A stretch of DNA of 64,000 bases from a candidate division WWE3 bacterium (GTDB lineage: Bacteria; Patescibacteriota; WWE3; UBA101185; UBA10185), in contig JBPOHV010000001.1 in the NCBI GenBank assembly GCA_052035175.1, positions 105,569-169,568 of the forward strand, written 5' to 3'. Under the pieces are notes generated by a model, which had not been told where the DNA came from, made no database searches, and was given only the letters and a program-made list of their open reading frames with translations. Position 1 is the stretch's first letter, and every line of letters starts with the position of its first letter. Of this stretch, positions 18,644 to 29,347 are shown in pieces. Made by a program: the position numbers and the translations under genes.

Positions 18644-19034
18644 TTTTATCTAAAACATAATTTACAATTTGATCTGCCGTTTTGTTTTTTGCCCGCTCTA
18701 TATGTGTAAAAGAGATTGTGTCAAATCTGTTTTTTAGATCTGATGCTAGTGCAAACAGTGCTTGCATTCTTGAGTCTTTCACTTTGTATAATCCTTGCAT
18801 TTGTTTTATTACTAGTTCGCTATCCATGAAACACTCTAGTTCGGAGACACCGATACTTGAGCATTTTTGTAATCCCAGGATCAGAGCATTATATTCAGCC
18901 TCGTTGTTTGTTGCATGTCCCAAATACTTTCCTGCCTTTATTTCTTTTTTATTCTCATCAATTATTAATATACCTGCAGCGGCTGGTCCTGGATTGCCTC
19001 TAGATCCACCATCTGTATATAGTTGTGCTTTCAT
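18630..19034 (-). CDS. rnhA: ribonuclease HI
   Basis: YTDGGSRGNPG, TNNEAEY, DSELV, HIER..N..AD. Confidence 0.9.
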   Translation of the reverse strand: MKAQLYTDGGSRGNPGPAAAGILIIDENKKEIKAGKYLGHATNNEAEYNALILGLQKCSSIGVSELECFMDSELVIKQMQGLYKVKDSRMQALFALASDLKNRFDTISFTHIERAKNKTADQIVNYVLDKNVKL

Positions 19035-19642
19035 AAATTTTTTGTGTAATAACTTTTTACAAATAAATATGACACGTATAAAACAACACTGACTAATCCA
19101 CCAAGTAATGCATCTACAATTAACACGTGATCGTCTCTTCTAATAAGTGGTGTATCAGCAACTCTTGAAATTTTTAAATTTGGATCAGACTGTTGTGTAA
19201 GGTATTGTGTTTTTGAAAGTAAAATTTCAGATAAGTTATCCCAAATTTTTACCGCTGTGTTTTTGTCATAACTTTTGATAGTTATATTTGCAATATGAGC
19301 CCCTGGGCGTTTGGTCTGAATATATTTTTTGATTTTTTTAATGTTTTCTGTATTTACAGGCATATCTAGTTTCACTAATAACTCTTTTTTTATATCGTTG
19401 CTTTCTGTAAGTGCAACAAACGTATCTGCGAATAATGCTGCATTAGTTTGACTGTAGTATCCTTCGTATGTGAAAAATTCTGCTGATGGTTCTATTTGCC
19501 TACCGATGAAAAAATCTCCTTCCACAATATATTTTTTTGGTAGAGCATAAATACCAATTCCCAACGCTACCCCAATACAAAAAGCTATTAATAAGTATTT
19601 TTTGTGTCTTCTAATATTTAAAAAAAATTTCACCAAATCCAT
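19031..19642 (-). CDS. Wzz/CapA-like chain-length determinant-type protein
   Basis: two terminal TMs around an extracytoplasmic domain, P.KY after TM1. Confidence 0.55.
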   Translation of the reverse strand: MDLVKFFLNIRRHKKYLLIAFCIGVALGIGIYALPKKYIVEGDFFIGRQIEPSAEFFTYEGYYSQTNAALFADTFVALTESNDIKKELLVKLDMPVNTENIKKIKKYIQTKRPGAHIANITIKSYDKNTAVKIWDNLSEILLSKTQYLTQQSDPNLKISRVADTPLIRRDDHVLIVDALLGGLVSVVLYVSYLFVKSYYTKNL

Positions 19643-19656
19643 ATATGCTAAGTATA

Positions 19657-20601
19657 TCAGGCAGAATCAATAGGTTGTCGTGTATCTAATTTTTCTTTCA
19701 ACTTGTTAAATTTTTTCATTTCAATTGCCAATTTTTCATCTGTTTCCAATAAAAGCTTTTCTTGTGTTCTGCTAGTTATAAATGCTTCTGTATCTGTGAG
19801 CATTTCCAACAACCCAAAAGTTACGAGTTGCATAACTTTTTGTTTTCCTAGTTGTCCAGCTTTTATCTTGTCTATGATCTCTATGTCATTTGTCAACAGG
19901 ATGAGTTTTGCTGCGTCATGTACGTCGAGAGTGTTTTGTTTTATCTGCTGCGATTGGCTTTGTATATTGTATTTTTCTAGTAATTGTACAGTGCTTAGCA
20001 TCATTAGTGATGTGTACAGCTGAGTATTATACTTTTTGCTGTTTGTATTTATTGCATGTAATTCGGATATAAACGATTGTAGTTCCATATACATTATTAT
20101 GTTTCGAGATAACTCATTGTACACGCGTACATATTGGTCTATCTCATTTGGATGCATATTTAGTATTGTATTAGCTATGTCATTTTCAATGCGCCCATAA
20201 CTATACCTAGTTTCTTGCAACCTGTGTGTCTCTTCATGAACTTTCGTAAGTTGTCGTCCTTGTCCAATAAGTTCTGGTGATTCTATATTTTCACTAAGTG
20301 TTTTTTCTAGTGTTGTTATTATTTCTATTTGCAATTGACTTATTTTTGGGTTCAGTCTAGCTTTAAGGCTTTGTAAACTATCTAAGTTGTCTGATATATA
20401 GAGCTTCGAATCTCCTTCTATGATAGTTTCATTATCTCTATATGGATTAAGCGGATGGTATGTAGATAAATACATTCCAGCATATCTAGGTATTTGTCTA
20501 GCTATTTCTTCGGACTCATGAAAGGGTAATTCGTCTGTTGTTAAATATAGTGGCGCTGGTCGAGTGTCAATTGAATCTTCTGGTATTAGTGAGGAGATCA
20601 T
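19657..20601 (-). CDS. hypothetical protein with HExxH motif
   Basis: VHEETHRLQ and downstream E; start approximate. Confidence 0.6.
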   Translation of the reverse strand: MISSLIPEDSIDTRPAPLYLTTDELPFHESEEIARQIPRYAGMYLSTYHPLNPYRDNETIIEGDSKLYISDNLDSLQSLKARLNPKISQLQIEIITTLEKTLSENIESPELIGQGRQLTKVHEETHRLQETRYSYGRIENDIANTILNMHPNEIDQYVRVYNELSRNIIMYMELQSFISELHAINTNSKKYNTQLYTSLMMLSTVQLLEKYNIQSQSQQIKQNTLDVHDAAKLILLTNDIEIIDKIKAGQLGKQKVMQLVTFGLLEMLTDTEAFITSRTQEKLLLETDEKLAIEMKKFNKLKEKLDTRQPIDSA

Positions 20602-20658
20602 AATGTAATCATACAAAATTATTGTATTTAATGTTGAAGTTTTGTTATGATCTTATCA

Positions 20659-21228
20659 ATGCCATACCATCGCATTACACAACAACTAGAAATGACGACT
20701 AAAGTATATTTGTCTATGGCTTTGCTTACTACTGGGTTGTACCTCAATTATTTGGCTGATATGTCGTATGTCTATGGTGCAAATGCAGGCAACGTTTTGC
20801 AAGCTTCTACAGAAATCAATACATTCTCGGGTCAATATTATAAGGGTGTGACTTTGTCAGATCTCAAAGTGTCTGGTGTTAATACACCAACAATTGATTT
20901 CGATTGGGGAAGTGGCGCGCCATATAAAACACTAGCCAAGGATGCTTTCTCTGCAAGGTGGTTCGGACCATTTTATTTTGTTACTTCTGATACATATAGA
21001 TTTATTGCTACCTATGATGATGGTCTGAGACTTTATGTTGATGGTAATTTGGTGATAGATGATTGGAAGTCTGGTATGAAAAGAACGTCTACACAAGATT
21101 TGTTTTTGACTGCAGGCCAACATACTATACAGGTAGAGTATTTTGAAAACTCCGGTACTTCTAGCGTAGCTTTGTCTTGGGAAAAACGTGGTGTTCCTGC
21201 ACCAGTTACTCCTGTTTATATACAATAA
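20659..21228 (+). CDS. PA14-domain surface protein
   Basis: IDFDWGSGAP...FSARW.G...DDGLRLYVDG...VEYFE. Confidence 0.85.
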   Translation: MPYHRITQQLEMTTKVYLSMALLTTGLYLNYLADMSYVYGANAGNVLQASTEINTFSGQYYKGVTLSDLKVSGVNTPTIDFDWGSGAPYKTLAKDAFSARWFGPFYFVTSDTYRFIATYDDGLRLYVDGNLVIDDWKSGMKRTSTQDLFLTAGQHTIQVEYFENSGTSSVALSWEKRGVPAPVTPVYIQ

Positions 21229-21322
21229 AAATTATTTGTTATTTTTTATCTAAAAATCCTTGCTTGTATAGTATGTTGTCCGTATACTTTAATAGACGAG
21301 TTTCGTTGGAAGACTGCCCAAA

Positions 21323-24300
21323 ATGCCCAAAACGAATGTTATTAAAAAATCTGTAAAGATCCCTACTGTACTGATTGCCGGTGGTGCAGGTTTTGTTGGG
21401 TCACATTTGGCGGAAACAATACTTTTACAAGGAGCGCGTGTAATAGTTTTGGATGATTTTTCAACTGGTAAAAAAACTTATGTAGACAAGCTTTTAGCAA
21501 ATCCTTCTTTTGCATTATTTAATGGAGACATAAATCAAGGGGTCCCATCTGAAATTGAAAGTGTCGATTATGTAGTACATTTAGCAGCATTAGAAGAATA
21601 TTTATACAATAATGACTATCTCAATTTAGATTTGCTTCTGACCAATGGAATAGGTACAAAAAATCTTTTAGACTTTGCCACCAAGTGTAACGCCAAATTT
21701 ATGTTGGTTTCGTCTGTCGATGTCTATATGGGGATGATGTCTCAATTGGATGTCGCTAGTTACTTTGGGAAAACTCAACAAGATGAAAAAATGTATTCTT
21801 TGACCGAAGCTAAACGTTATGCTGAAGCTTTGGTATGGGAATATTTTAAAAAATCAAAATTAGATGCGCGCATTGTGCGTTTGCCAGAAATATATGGTCC
21901 GGGTATGGATTTATCTTCATGCGGGGTTTTGGGCATTTATTTACAAGACTTAATTCAGGGTAAAAATTTGACAATTTATGGTGATGGTAATGAAAAATCT
22001 GCATATTTGTATATACAAGATGCAGTGTCTGGTATTGCTAAGGCTTTGTTTTCACCAAATACAGCAGGCAATATTTATTCACTTTATACCGATTCTGTAG
22101 CAGAGTTGGAGCTAGCTTTTTTGGTAAAAAGTGTAGCAGATAGAAAAGTTGATGTGGTTTTTAGTCCTGCATCAGATATCAAAAAACCTCAAAGACGTAT
22201 AACGACCGATACGTATAATCTGAGAGATCTTGGTTGGTCATCGAAAACTTCGTTAAAAGAAGGCATTTTAGAAACGTTGAGTTCGTTTGGGTACTCTCCA
22301 AATGAGCACGCATTTAAACCTGCAAAATATATTGAACAAAAACAAGAGGAGAAACTAGGTATGGTGACCTCGCTCGTCGATTCTAGTTCTCAAAATATTT
22401 CTGTATTTTCTTCTGATACCGATAGGTTACGCAGTCCGCTTGTTTTGAATCTTTCACAAAAGCCGACGGCAGTTTCAGATGTAACATCAAAACATAGATT
22501 TGGCCACATGCCTGATTTTAAAGCTTTTTTCCGCTTTTTTAGAAAGTCTCCAGTTAGCAATGTTTCTAATCAAGAGATTAAAAGTACAAAGACTTACTAT
22601 TTATACAGTGGTTTGGGTGTTGTATTTGCGTTATCGTTGGTATTTCTATTATTGCCTATAACTCAAACATATTTTGGTGTACAACGTGCTGCATCAAATT
22701 TGCAAAACACCGAAGCTCAGTTAAAAGCTTTGGATACTGTTTCTGCTCTTGAATCGTCAAAAGCAGCATATGTTCAATTGAGCAAATCTACAAAGAGTTT
22801 TTCAAAATTGAGATGGTTATTTGTCCTAGTTGGTAAACAAGATGCATATTCTTCTTATTCTAGGTTATTGAGCTCTGCTACTTATTTTTCGAGGGCCGTT
22901 TATAGCTTGTCACAAGGATTTGCTCCTGCAACTAGTGTAATAGAAACTTTAAAGCCAACTTCTCAAACTACTTTGGATGCTTCGGTTTTCAATGATTCGA
23001 AGTTGGCAATTGCTAATGCGCGAAGTTATTTGCAGCTCGCTGAGGCAGATTTGTTGAATGTCGATATATCCAAACTAGACACTAAAGTAGGTCAAAAAGT
23101 CTCTGAATATTCATCAAAGCTGTCTATGCTTTCTGCGACGATAGATCCATTGGTTACTTTGTCTGACCAATTACCTTCTTTGCTTGGTTTGAATGGAGAT
23201 AAAAAGTATTTAGTTTTATTTATGAACAACAACGAATTAAGACCTACAGGCGGTTTTATAGGGTCGTATGCATCTTTAACCTTAAACAAAGGCAAGATAT
23301 CTCAGATTAATATTGATGACATTTATAATCCTGACGGTCAATTAGACATACTTGACATAAAAACTGATCAACCCAAGCCAGTCGTCGATTTTTTGAAAGA
23401 AGATACTTTGCACATTAGAAATGCAAATTGGCATCCTGACTTTGTTGAATCATCAAAGGTAATTGCAGATCTTTATACAAAAGCAACGGGGGAAAAAGTC
23501 GATGGTGTTTTTGCTATAGACTTATACTTTGTTAAATACTTACTAAATATAACAGGTCCGATTTATTTAACGGCTTATAATGAGGAAGTTTCTGCTGATA
23601 ATTTTTATGAGCGTACCCAATTGCACAGTGATTTCAATTATAAAGAAGGGGTTTCTCAGAAGAAGTCATTTTTAGCTGTTTTAGGAGGTAAAGTCTTAGA
23701 GCAAGTTTTTGCTATGGATAAAACTCATGCATCAGCTTTTACCGATTTGTTACAGCGTTCAATTGCTGAGAGGCATGTAATGGGTTACTTTTTTGATGGT
23801 TCATTGGGTAATGTATTCAAAGAAGCAAAAGTCGATGGCAGTCTGGTTAGCTTTCCGAAAGACTATTTATATGTAGTCAATGCTAATCTGGGTGGAACAA
23901 AGTCAAATTATTATGTTGATCAAAAAATGAACTACAGAATAATGTCTATGACACGCGATGGTCTTTTACGTGCTGAGTTAGTCTTAACATATTCTCATAA
24001 CGGGAATGATGATTCATGGCCAGGTGGACCTTATCAAGACTATGTAAGAGTGCTTACTCAATCAGGATCAAAATTGACTGGCGCTAAACTATCGAATAAA
24101 ACTTTGGCTACCGAAGAAGATATTTACAAAAGCGTTTTAATAGATAAAGTAGGTGATTATACGTCTTTTGAATCAAGTTTTACATTAAAACCAAAAGAGA
24201 CTGTTGAACTAACTTTTATGTATGATTTACCACAAACTTTATCTATAACCACAACAAACAAGAATTATGAGTTGTATTGGCAAAAACAACCAGGTACACA

Positions 24301-24445
24301 AGATGATAACTATAATATTGTTTTTGACTATCCTTTTGGTATGACTGTAGAAGATATATTTCCAAAAATCGAACATGATTCAGAAGTGATTAAAGATGCA
24401 GGTGTTTTGAATACAGATAAATATTACAGATTTCACTTTAAATAA
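21323..24445 (+). CDS. NAD-dependent epimerase/dehydratase domain fused to TM + DUF4012-like extracellular domain
   Basis: GGAGFVGSHL; C-terminal NNNELRPTGGFIGSY, RNANW.PDF, NANLGGTKSN, WQKQPG. Confidence 0.8.
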   Translation: MPKTNVIKKSVKIPTVLIAGGAGFVGSHLAETILLQGARVIVLDDFSTGKKTYVDKLLANPSFALFNGDINQGVPSEIESVDYVVHLAALEEYLYNNDYLNLDLLLTNGIGTKNLLDFATKCNAKFMLVSSVDVYMGMMSQLDVASYFGKTQQDEKMYSLTEAKRYAEALVWEYFKKSKLDARIVRLPEIYGPGMDLSSCGVLGIYLQDLIQGKNLTIYGDGNEKSAYLYIQDAVSGIAKALFSPNTAGNIYSLYTDSVAELELAFLVKSVADRKVDVVFSPASDIKKPQRRITTDTYNLRDLGWSSKTSLKEGILETLSSFGYSPNEHAFKPAKYIEQKQEEKLGMVTSLVDSSSQNISVFSSDTDRLRSPLVLNLSQKPTAVSDVTSKHRFGHMPDFKAFFRFFRKSPVSNVSNQEIKSTKTYYLYSGLGVVFALSLVFLLLPITQTYFGVQRAASNLQNTEAQLKALDTVSALESSKAAYVQLSKSTKSFSKLRWLFVLVGKQDAYSSYSRLLSSATYFSRAVYSLSQGFAPATSVIETLKPTSQTTLDASVFNDSKLAIANARSYLQLAEADLLNVDISKLDTKVGQKVSEYSSKLSMLSATIDPLVTLSDQLPSLLGLNGDKKYLVLFMNNNELRPTGGFIGSYASLTLNKGKISQINIDDIYNPDGQLDILDIKTDQPKPVVDFLKEDTLHIRNANWHPDFVESSKVIADLYTKATGEKVDGVFAIDLYFVKYLLNITGPIYLTAYNEEVSADNFYERTQLHSDFNYKEGVSQKKSFLAVLGGKVLEQVFAMDKTHASAFTDLLQRSIAERHVMGYFFDGSLGNVFKEAKVDGSLVSFPKDYLYVVNANLGGTKSNYYVDQKMNYRIMSMTRDGLLRAELVLTYSHNGNDDSWPGGPYQDYVRVLTQSGSKLTGAKLSNKTLATEEDIYKSVLIDKVGDYTSFESSFTLKPKETVELTFMYDLPQTLSITTTNKNYELYWQKQPGTQDDNYNIVFDYPFGMTVEDIFPKIEHDSEVIKDAGVLNTDKYYRFHFK

Positions 24446-24488
24446 TTTATCAAATAAGGAAAAAAACCTGGTAAACTAAGACTCAGAT

Positions 24489-26315
24489 ATGCCTATTCAA
24501 GAAAGACAAATGTTGAATAAACAACATGCAGTTCCACAAAATATTATGGATGTGGAATTTAAATTGGTAGGAGATCTTACCATGCGCCAATTCGCTTATT
24601 TGTTGGTATTTGGTGTCCTTGCATATTTTACAGCAAGGACTGTAGGGGGTATTTTCAAATGGCCATTTACAGGGTTTTTTATTTTGATTGGTTTGGGATT
24701 GGCGTTTGTTCCTATACAAGAGCGTGGTATGGATGAATGGATAGTCAATTTTTTAAAGGCTATTTATTCTGAAACCAGGTTGGTTTGGCATAAAGGTACT
24801 TTTGTACCGACAGCTTTTATGTACGATAACATTGCAGTTGTACAGCAAGAGCTTATCACTTTGGCTCCTACTTCTAGCAGGAGAAAACTTGAAGAATATC
24901 TTACATCTTATCAAAAGCAAGAGATTGATCCACTCGATATTCCAGAACGTGACTACATAATGAAAGTACGCTCGGCTTTTGCAAATTCGGCAGTAGTCCA
25001 ACAAGATCAGCAAGCTATGTATGGTGGCGGTGTTCAAGTTTCTGTCGTAGAGCCTGTATCCGAATTGCCACAACCCACATACCAAGAAGTTGTCCAGGAA
25101 GCAGACGTAGCCTCTCAGTTACCTATTTCACCAGTTGTTCAAGTGCAAACTTTTGTAGATACAGCCAATGATTCCCAAGTTGCTGCGACAGAGTCACCAG
25201 TTTCTTCCACACCGGTTTCTTTGCCTGAACCTGTTATGGTGCAGCCACAAGTATCTGTTACACCACCTATAGCAACTCCAATTAGTGCTGTAGTACCGCC
25301 AATTTCAAATATGAAGCCAGTAGTGGCTGCTATTAAGCCTGCAACGCCTAAACCAGTGCAAAAAGCCGTTTCACAAACTCAGCCAAAGAAGCGTAGCCTT
25401 TCACTAAATGTTCCTTCTGTACGCCCGAAAGAAAGCTTTACTGTTTTACCGATGACGCCTGACAGACATTCGGGTAGACGGTTTACAAGTTTATTACCAA
25501 CTACTGGTGAGCTTGTTTTGCCAATTCGAGGCGAAAAAGTATTAAAAACTTCTGAAGAAATTGCTATTGACGATGATATAGGTGAGAAAGCCAAGAAATT
25601 ACAAGGGCTTATTGCGCAAATAAAATCGCAAGAGATGATTACTCGTGAAGAGTCTTTGGAAGTTGTGGCGCAAGATATACCGGCCGCAACAGTCGAGCAA
25701 GTAAAAGAAGTCGAAGTTGCTAAAGAAGCAGGTGCAGTAGCAGATGCATTAAAGCAAAAAAATATACAGTTAACAGAGGAGATAGAGCATTTGAAGAGAA
25801 CTGTAGAGTCTGGAAGTACTAAATCGACAGATGTGTCGGATATGGTTACTAAGATAGATGAACTTGAAAAAAGTAAACAAGTAGCCGCAAACGAATATGA
25901 AGTTTTACAAAGGCAAATGTTAGAACTGCAAAATAGGCTTAGAGAAAAAGGTAGTGTCAGCAATACAAGTTTATCTGCAGTAATAAAGCCATCAACACCA
26001 GCGCAAGTGAAACCATTGACTGATGAGAAAGACATAGTTTCTGGTATAGTTACAGATGACAAAGGCAATGTAGTTCATGGATTAGTTTTGATGATAAAGA
26101 ATAGTAAGGGTGAAGCCGTTCGCGCAGTAAAAACAGATACTCTGGGGAATTTCGTGCTGAGTACACCTTTGGATCGCGGTGTTTATACTGTAGAGCCAAG
26201 TCCATCAAGTAATTTGGATCTGCGTTTTGATATAATTTCAGTAGAAATAAATGGATCAGTTTTACCACCCATACAACTGACTGGACGAGTTAGAGAAATA
26301 AATAACAATGGCTAA
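24489..26315 (+). CDS. PrgI-family (VirB3-like) protein with Pro-rich linker, coiled coil and C-terminal beta-sandwich
   Basis: HAVPQNI...FKLVGDLTMRQF PrgI signature. Confidence 0.8.
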   Translation: MPIQERQMLNKQHAVPQNIMDVEFKLVGDLTMRQFAYLLVFGVLAYFTARTVGGIFKWPFTGFFILIGLGLAFVPIQERGMDEWIVNFLKAIYSETRLVWHKGTFVPTAFMYDNIAVVQQELITLAPTSSRRKLEEYLTSYQKQEIDPLDIPERDYIMKVRSAFANSAVVQQDQQAMYGGGVQVSVVEPVSELPQPTYQEVVQEADVASQLPISPVVQVQTFVDTANDSQVAATESPVSSTPVSLPEPVMVQPQVSVTPPIATPISAVVPPISNMKPVVAAIKPATPKPVQKAVSQTQPKKRSLSLNVPSVRPKESFTVLPMTPDRHSGRRFTSLLPTTGELVLPIRGEKVLKTSEEIAIDDDIGEKAKKLQGLIAQIKSQEMITREESLEVVAQDIPAATVEQVKEVEVAKEAGAVADALKQKNIQLTEEIEHLKRTVESGSTKSTDVSDMVTKIDELEKSKQVAANEYEVLQRQMLELQNRLREKGSVSNTSLSAVIKPSTPAQVKPLTDEKDIVSGIVTDDKGNVVHGLVLMIKNSKGEAVRAVKTDTLGNFVLSTPLDRGVYTVEPSPSSNLDLRFDIISVEINGSVLPPIQLTGRVREINNNG

Positions 26316-27021
26316 AAAAACTAAAGAACAATTAGCAACAACTCAAGATCATTTAGATATATACGATATCAAATATGACTTAGTTTTTTTAAAGAATGGT
26401 TCGGTGAGTGCTGTTATTCAAACAACGGCTGTAAATTTCGATCTTTTATCAGAGATTGAGCAAGACGCAATTATTGCAGCTTTTTCTATGATTCTCAATT
26501 CAATCACATTTTCTGTACAAGTTGTTGTAAGATCTAAAAAATTGGATATTACCAAATACCTAGAAAAGATTTATAAAATTGAAACTAAAATAAAAGATCC
26601 ATTAATGAGATATCATGCAGAGTCTTATAGAAAATATGTACAAGACATAATAAAAGAAAATGATGTTTTGGATAAAAACTTTTATATAGTTGTTTCTACT
26701 GGCCCTCAAGTTTTTTCTGAACCTGGATCAGGCCCATTTGATTGGGCATTGAAGCTGTTGGGTAAACAATCAAAAAGATTAGATGTTGTAGATACAGAAA
26801 GATTATATAAAGAAGCTCAAACTAGTTTGATACCAAAAATCGATCATATCGTAAGCGAATTTCAAAGGTTGGGTGTTAAAATTAGAAAACTAGATACACA
26901 AGAATTAGTAGAACTTTATTTTGATATATATAATCCGACATCCTTGCATGGACAGCGTATAAGAACAAATGTAGAAGATTATAAGACTGCTATTGTGAGC
27001 CCTGCTATTTTGGAAGAATAA
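26308..27021 (+). CDS. VirB4-associated protein (TraC N-terminal-like)
   Basis: STQ/TTQ..L.I..I, AVNFDLLSE.EQDAII..F...LNS; position between PrgI and VirB4. Confidence 0.65.
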   Translation: MAKKTKEQLATTQDHLDIYDIKYDLVFLKNGSVSAVIQTTAVNFDLLSEIEQDAIIAAFSMILNSITFSVQVVVRSKKLDITKYLEKIYKIETKIKDPLMRYHAESYRKYVQDIIKENDVLDKNFYIVVSTGPQVFSEPGSGPFDWALKLLGKQSKRLDVVDTERLYKEAQTSLIPKIDHIVSEFQRLGVKIRKLDTQELVELYFDIYNPTSLHGQRIRTNVEDYKTAIVSPAILEE

Positions 27022-27028
27022 TTATTTT

Positions 27029-29302
27029 ATGTTTAATGCCTTTACATTATTTAATAGAAAAAAGATGGAGCAAGACGCAACTGGTGTTACACAGTTGAAT
27101 GATGCTGTAAAAAAAGATCAAGCTGGAGATGAAAAAAAACCAGCAGAAATGCTTTCTCAAGGCATGATAAACGTACGCGACATTATAGCGCCTTCAGCAA
27201 TCGAGGTCGATTTCAATCATTTAAAAATTGGAAATAAATATTACCGCACATTTTTTGTTGCTGGTTATCCTAGATTTGTTGGCGCAAATTGGTTATCGCC
27301 AATTATCAACTTTGATCATTCTCTTGATATTTCGTTTTTTTATTATCCAGTAAAGTCAAAAGTAATTTTAGATGATTTGCGCAGAAAAATTACAGAGCTA
27401 GAAGCAACTATGATGGCTGATCAAGAAAAAGGTAAAGTTACAGATCCAGTTGTAAAAGCTGCTCTCGAAGATGCAAAAGATTTACAAGAGCAATTGGTCA
27501 AAGGTGTAGAAAAATATTTCCAATATTCATTTTATATAACAATACCTGCAGATTCTCTTGAAGAGTTGAATGTGGTTTCAAGCAAACTCGAATCTACCTT
27601 AGCTTCTTTAATTCTTATTTCAAAAACTGCAGCTTTGCAAATGGAAGACGCATTTCAATCGACTGTACCTGCAGGTATCGACAAGCTACTAATTACTAGA
27701 AATATGGATACGACTAGCTTGGCTACGACATTTCCGTTTACATCATCTGATCTGACTTCTGATGAAGGCATTATGTATGGAATTAATATGCATAATGGCT
27801 CATTAGTTATATTTGACCGATTTTCAATGGAAAATGCCAATGCAGTTGTTTTTGCAAAATCTGGTTCTGGTAAATCTTATTTTGTAAAACTAGAAGCTTT
27901 GCGTTTGATGGTATTTGGCGCTGAATGTATAGTTGTCGATCCTGAAAATGAGTATAAATTGCTTTGTGAAGCAGTAGGTGGTAATTTTATAGACTTTTCT
28001 CCGGGTTCGTTGACAAAGATTAACCCATTTGATTTGGCAGGTATTGCCGTTGAAGGTGAAAATGAATTGGGACAGAAAGTGCAATCATTGCACACGTTGT
28101 TGAAATTGATGATGGGAAGTTTGAATCCAACAGAAGAGGCTATTTTAGACAGAGCACTTATGGAAACGTATCGGTTAATGGGAATAAATACCGATCCTGA
28201 AACTCAAATATCAAAAACTCCTCCAGTACTAGAAGATTTGTATAAAGTACTTTTGGGTGCAGAAGAACCTGAAGCACGTGGTATGGCCGATCGTTTGGAA
28301 AAGTACATTAGGGGCTCTATGGCTGGTATTTTTGATTCTCAATCAAATGTTAAGTTCGACACAAAAATGACAGTATTTTCTACAAGAAATCTTGAAGAAA
28401 CCTTGCGACCGATTGCTTTTTATATAATTCTTGACCATGTTTGGACCAAAATACGAAAAGATTTACGAAAGCGCATATTGATCATCGAAGAAGCTTGGTA
28501 TTTGATGCAAAACGAAGATAGTGCAAGGTTTATTTATGGTATAGCAAAACGCGCACGTAAATATTATTTGGGACTCACCACTATATCTCAAGATGTTGAT
28601 GACTTTTTGGGTTCATCTCATGGTGCAGCGGTAGTTTCAAATTCGTCAATTCAAGTTTTGTTCAAACAACATCCGTCAGCTATTGATAAAGTTGCAGAAA
28701 CCTTTAATTTGAGTGAAGGTGAAAAAAGATTTTTGCTGGCTGCCGATGTAGGAGAAGGTTTATTCTTTGCTGGTTCAAATCACGTTGCTATAAATGTAAA
28801 AGCGTCTCCAGAAGAACACAAGTTAATAACAACCAATCCGGCAGAATTATTGCGCATGAAACAAGAAGGTAAGCTTGGTGCTGTTGCACAAGAGCAAAGA
28901 CCTGTATATGAAAGGTATGAGCATATCGATTTGAATAAATATCATATTATCGGAGATAAAAATGGTACGCCAAGTCTAGAAGACATGAAAGCTGTTTCTG
29001 TAGCTCATAACGAAGCTGTGCAAGCTGAGGAAGCAGCACAAGTTGCTGCAGCTGCTGCTGAAGAAGCACACGAACCAACTTCCACAGACATAATGAACTC
29101 GGTAAATGAAAGCTTACCTTCTGCTCCTCTTGCTCAGGCTGCACAACCAATGCCTTTGTCTCAAGTACCTTCACCTATGAATTCAGTTCAACCTAGTTCA
29201 ACACAAATGCCTTTAGCTCCAACGGCAACCCCAACGCCATTGGCACCTCCTACACAGGCGCCACAAGATCCAAATTTATTACGCAAACCCATAATTAGAT
29301 AG
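27029..29302 (+). CDS. VirB4-like ATPase
   Basis: AKSGSGKS Walker A, DPENEY, INPFD, IEEAW, KRARKY, SQDV. Confidence 0.9.
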   Translation: MFNAFTLFNRKKMEQDATGVTQLNDAVKKDQAGDEKKPAEMLSQGMINVRDIIAPSAIEVDFNHLKIGNKYYRTFFVAGYPRFVGANWLSPIINFDHSLDISFFYYPVKSKVILDDLRRKITELEATMMADQEKGKVTDPVVKAALEDAKDLQEQLVKGVEKYFQYSFYITIPADSLEELNVVSSKLESTLASLILISKTAALQMEDAFQSTVPAGIDKLLITRNMDTTSLATTFPFTSSDLTSDEGIMYGINMHNGSLVIFDRFSMENANAVVFAKSGSGKSYFVKLEALRLMVFGAECIVVDPENEYKLLCEAVGGNFIDFSPGSLTKINPFDLAGIAVEGENELGQKVQSLHTLLKLMMGSLNPTEEAILDRALMETYRLMGINTDPETQISKTPPVLEDLYKVLLGAEEPEARGMADRLEKYIRGSMAGIFDSQSNVKFDTKMTVFSTRNLEETLRPIAFYIILDHVWTKIRKDLRKRILIIEEAWYLMQNEDSARFIYGIAKRARKYYLGLTTISQDVDDFLGSSHGAAVVSNSSIQVLFKQHPSAIDKVAETFNLSEGEKRFLLAADVGEGLFFAGSNHVAINVKASPEEHKLITTNPAELLRMKQEGKLGAVAQEQRPVYERYEHIDLNKYHIIGDKNGTPSLEDMKAVSVAHNEAVQAEEAAQVAAAAAEEAHEPTSTDIMNSVNESLPSAPLAQAAQPMPLSQVPSPMNSVQPSSTQMPLAPTATPTPLAPPTQAPQDPNLLRKPIIR

Positions 29303-29347
29303 GATGGCTACTCGGATAGTAGATATAAGACTGTGATTGGTTAAATC

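Noticed and set aside
25379-26068. 229-aa antisense ORF and many similar antisense ORFs in the track
   Set aside because: Shadows of well-supported genes on the opposite strand
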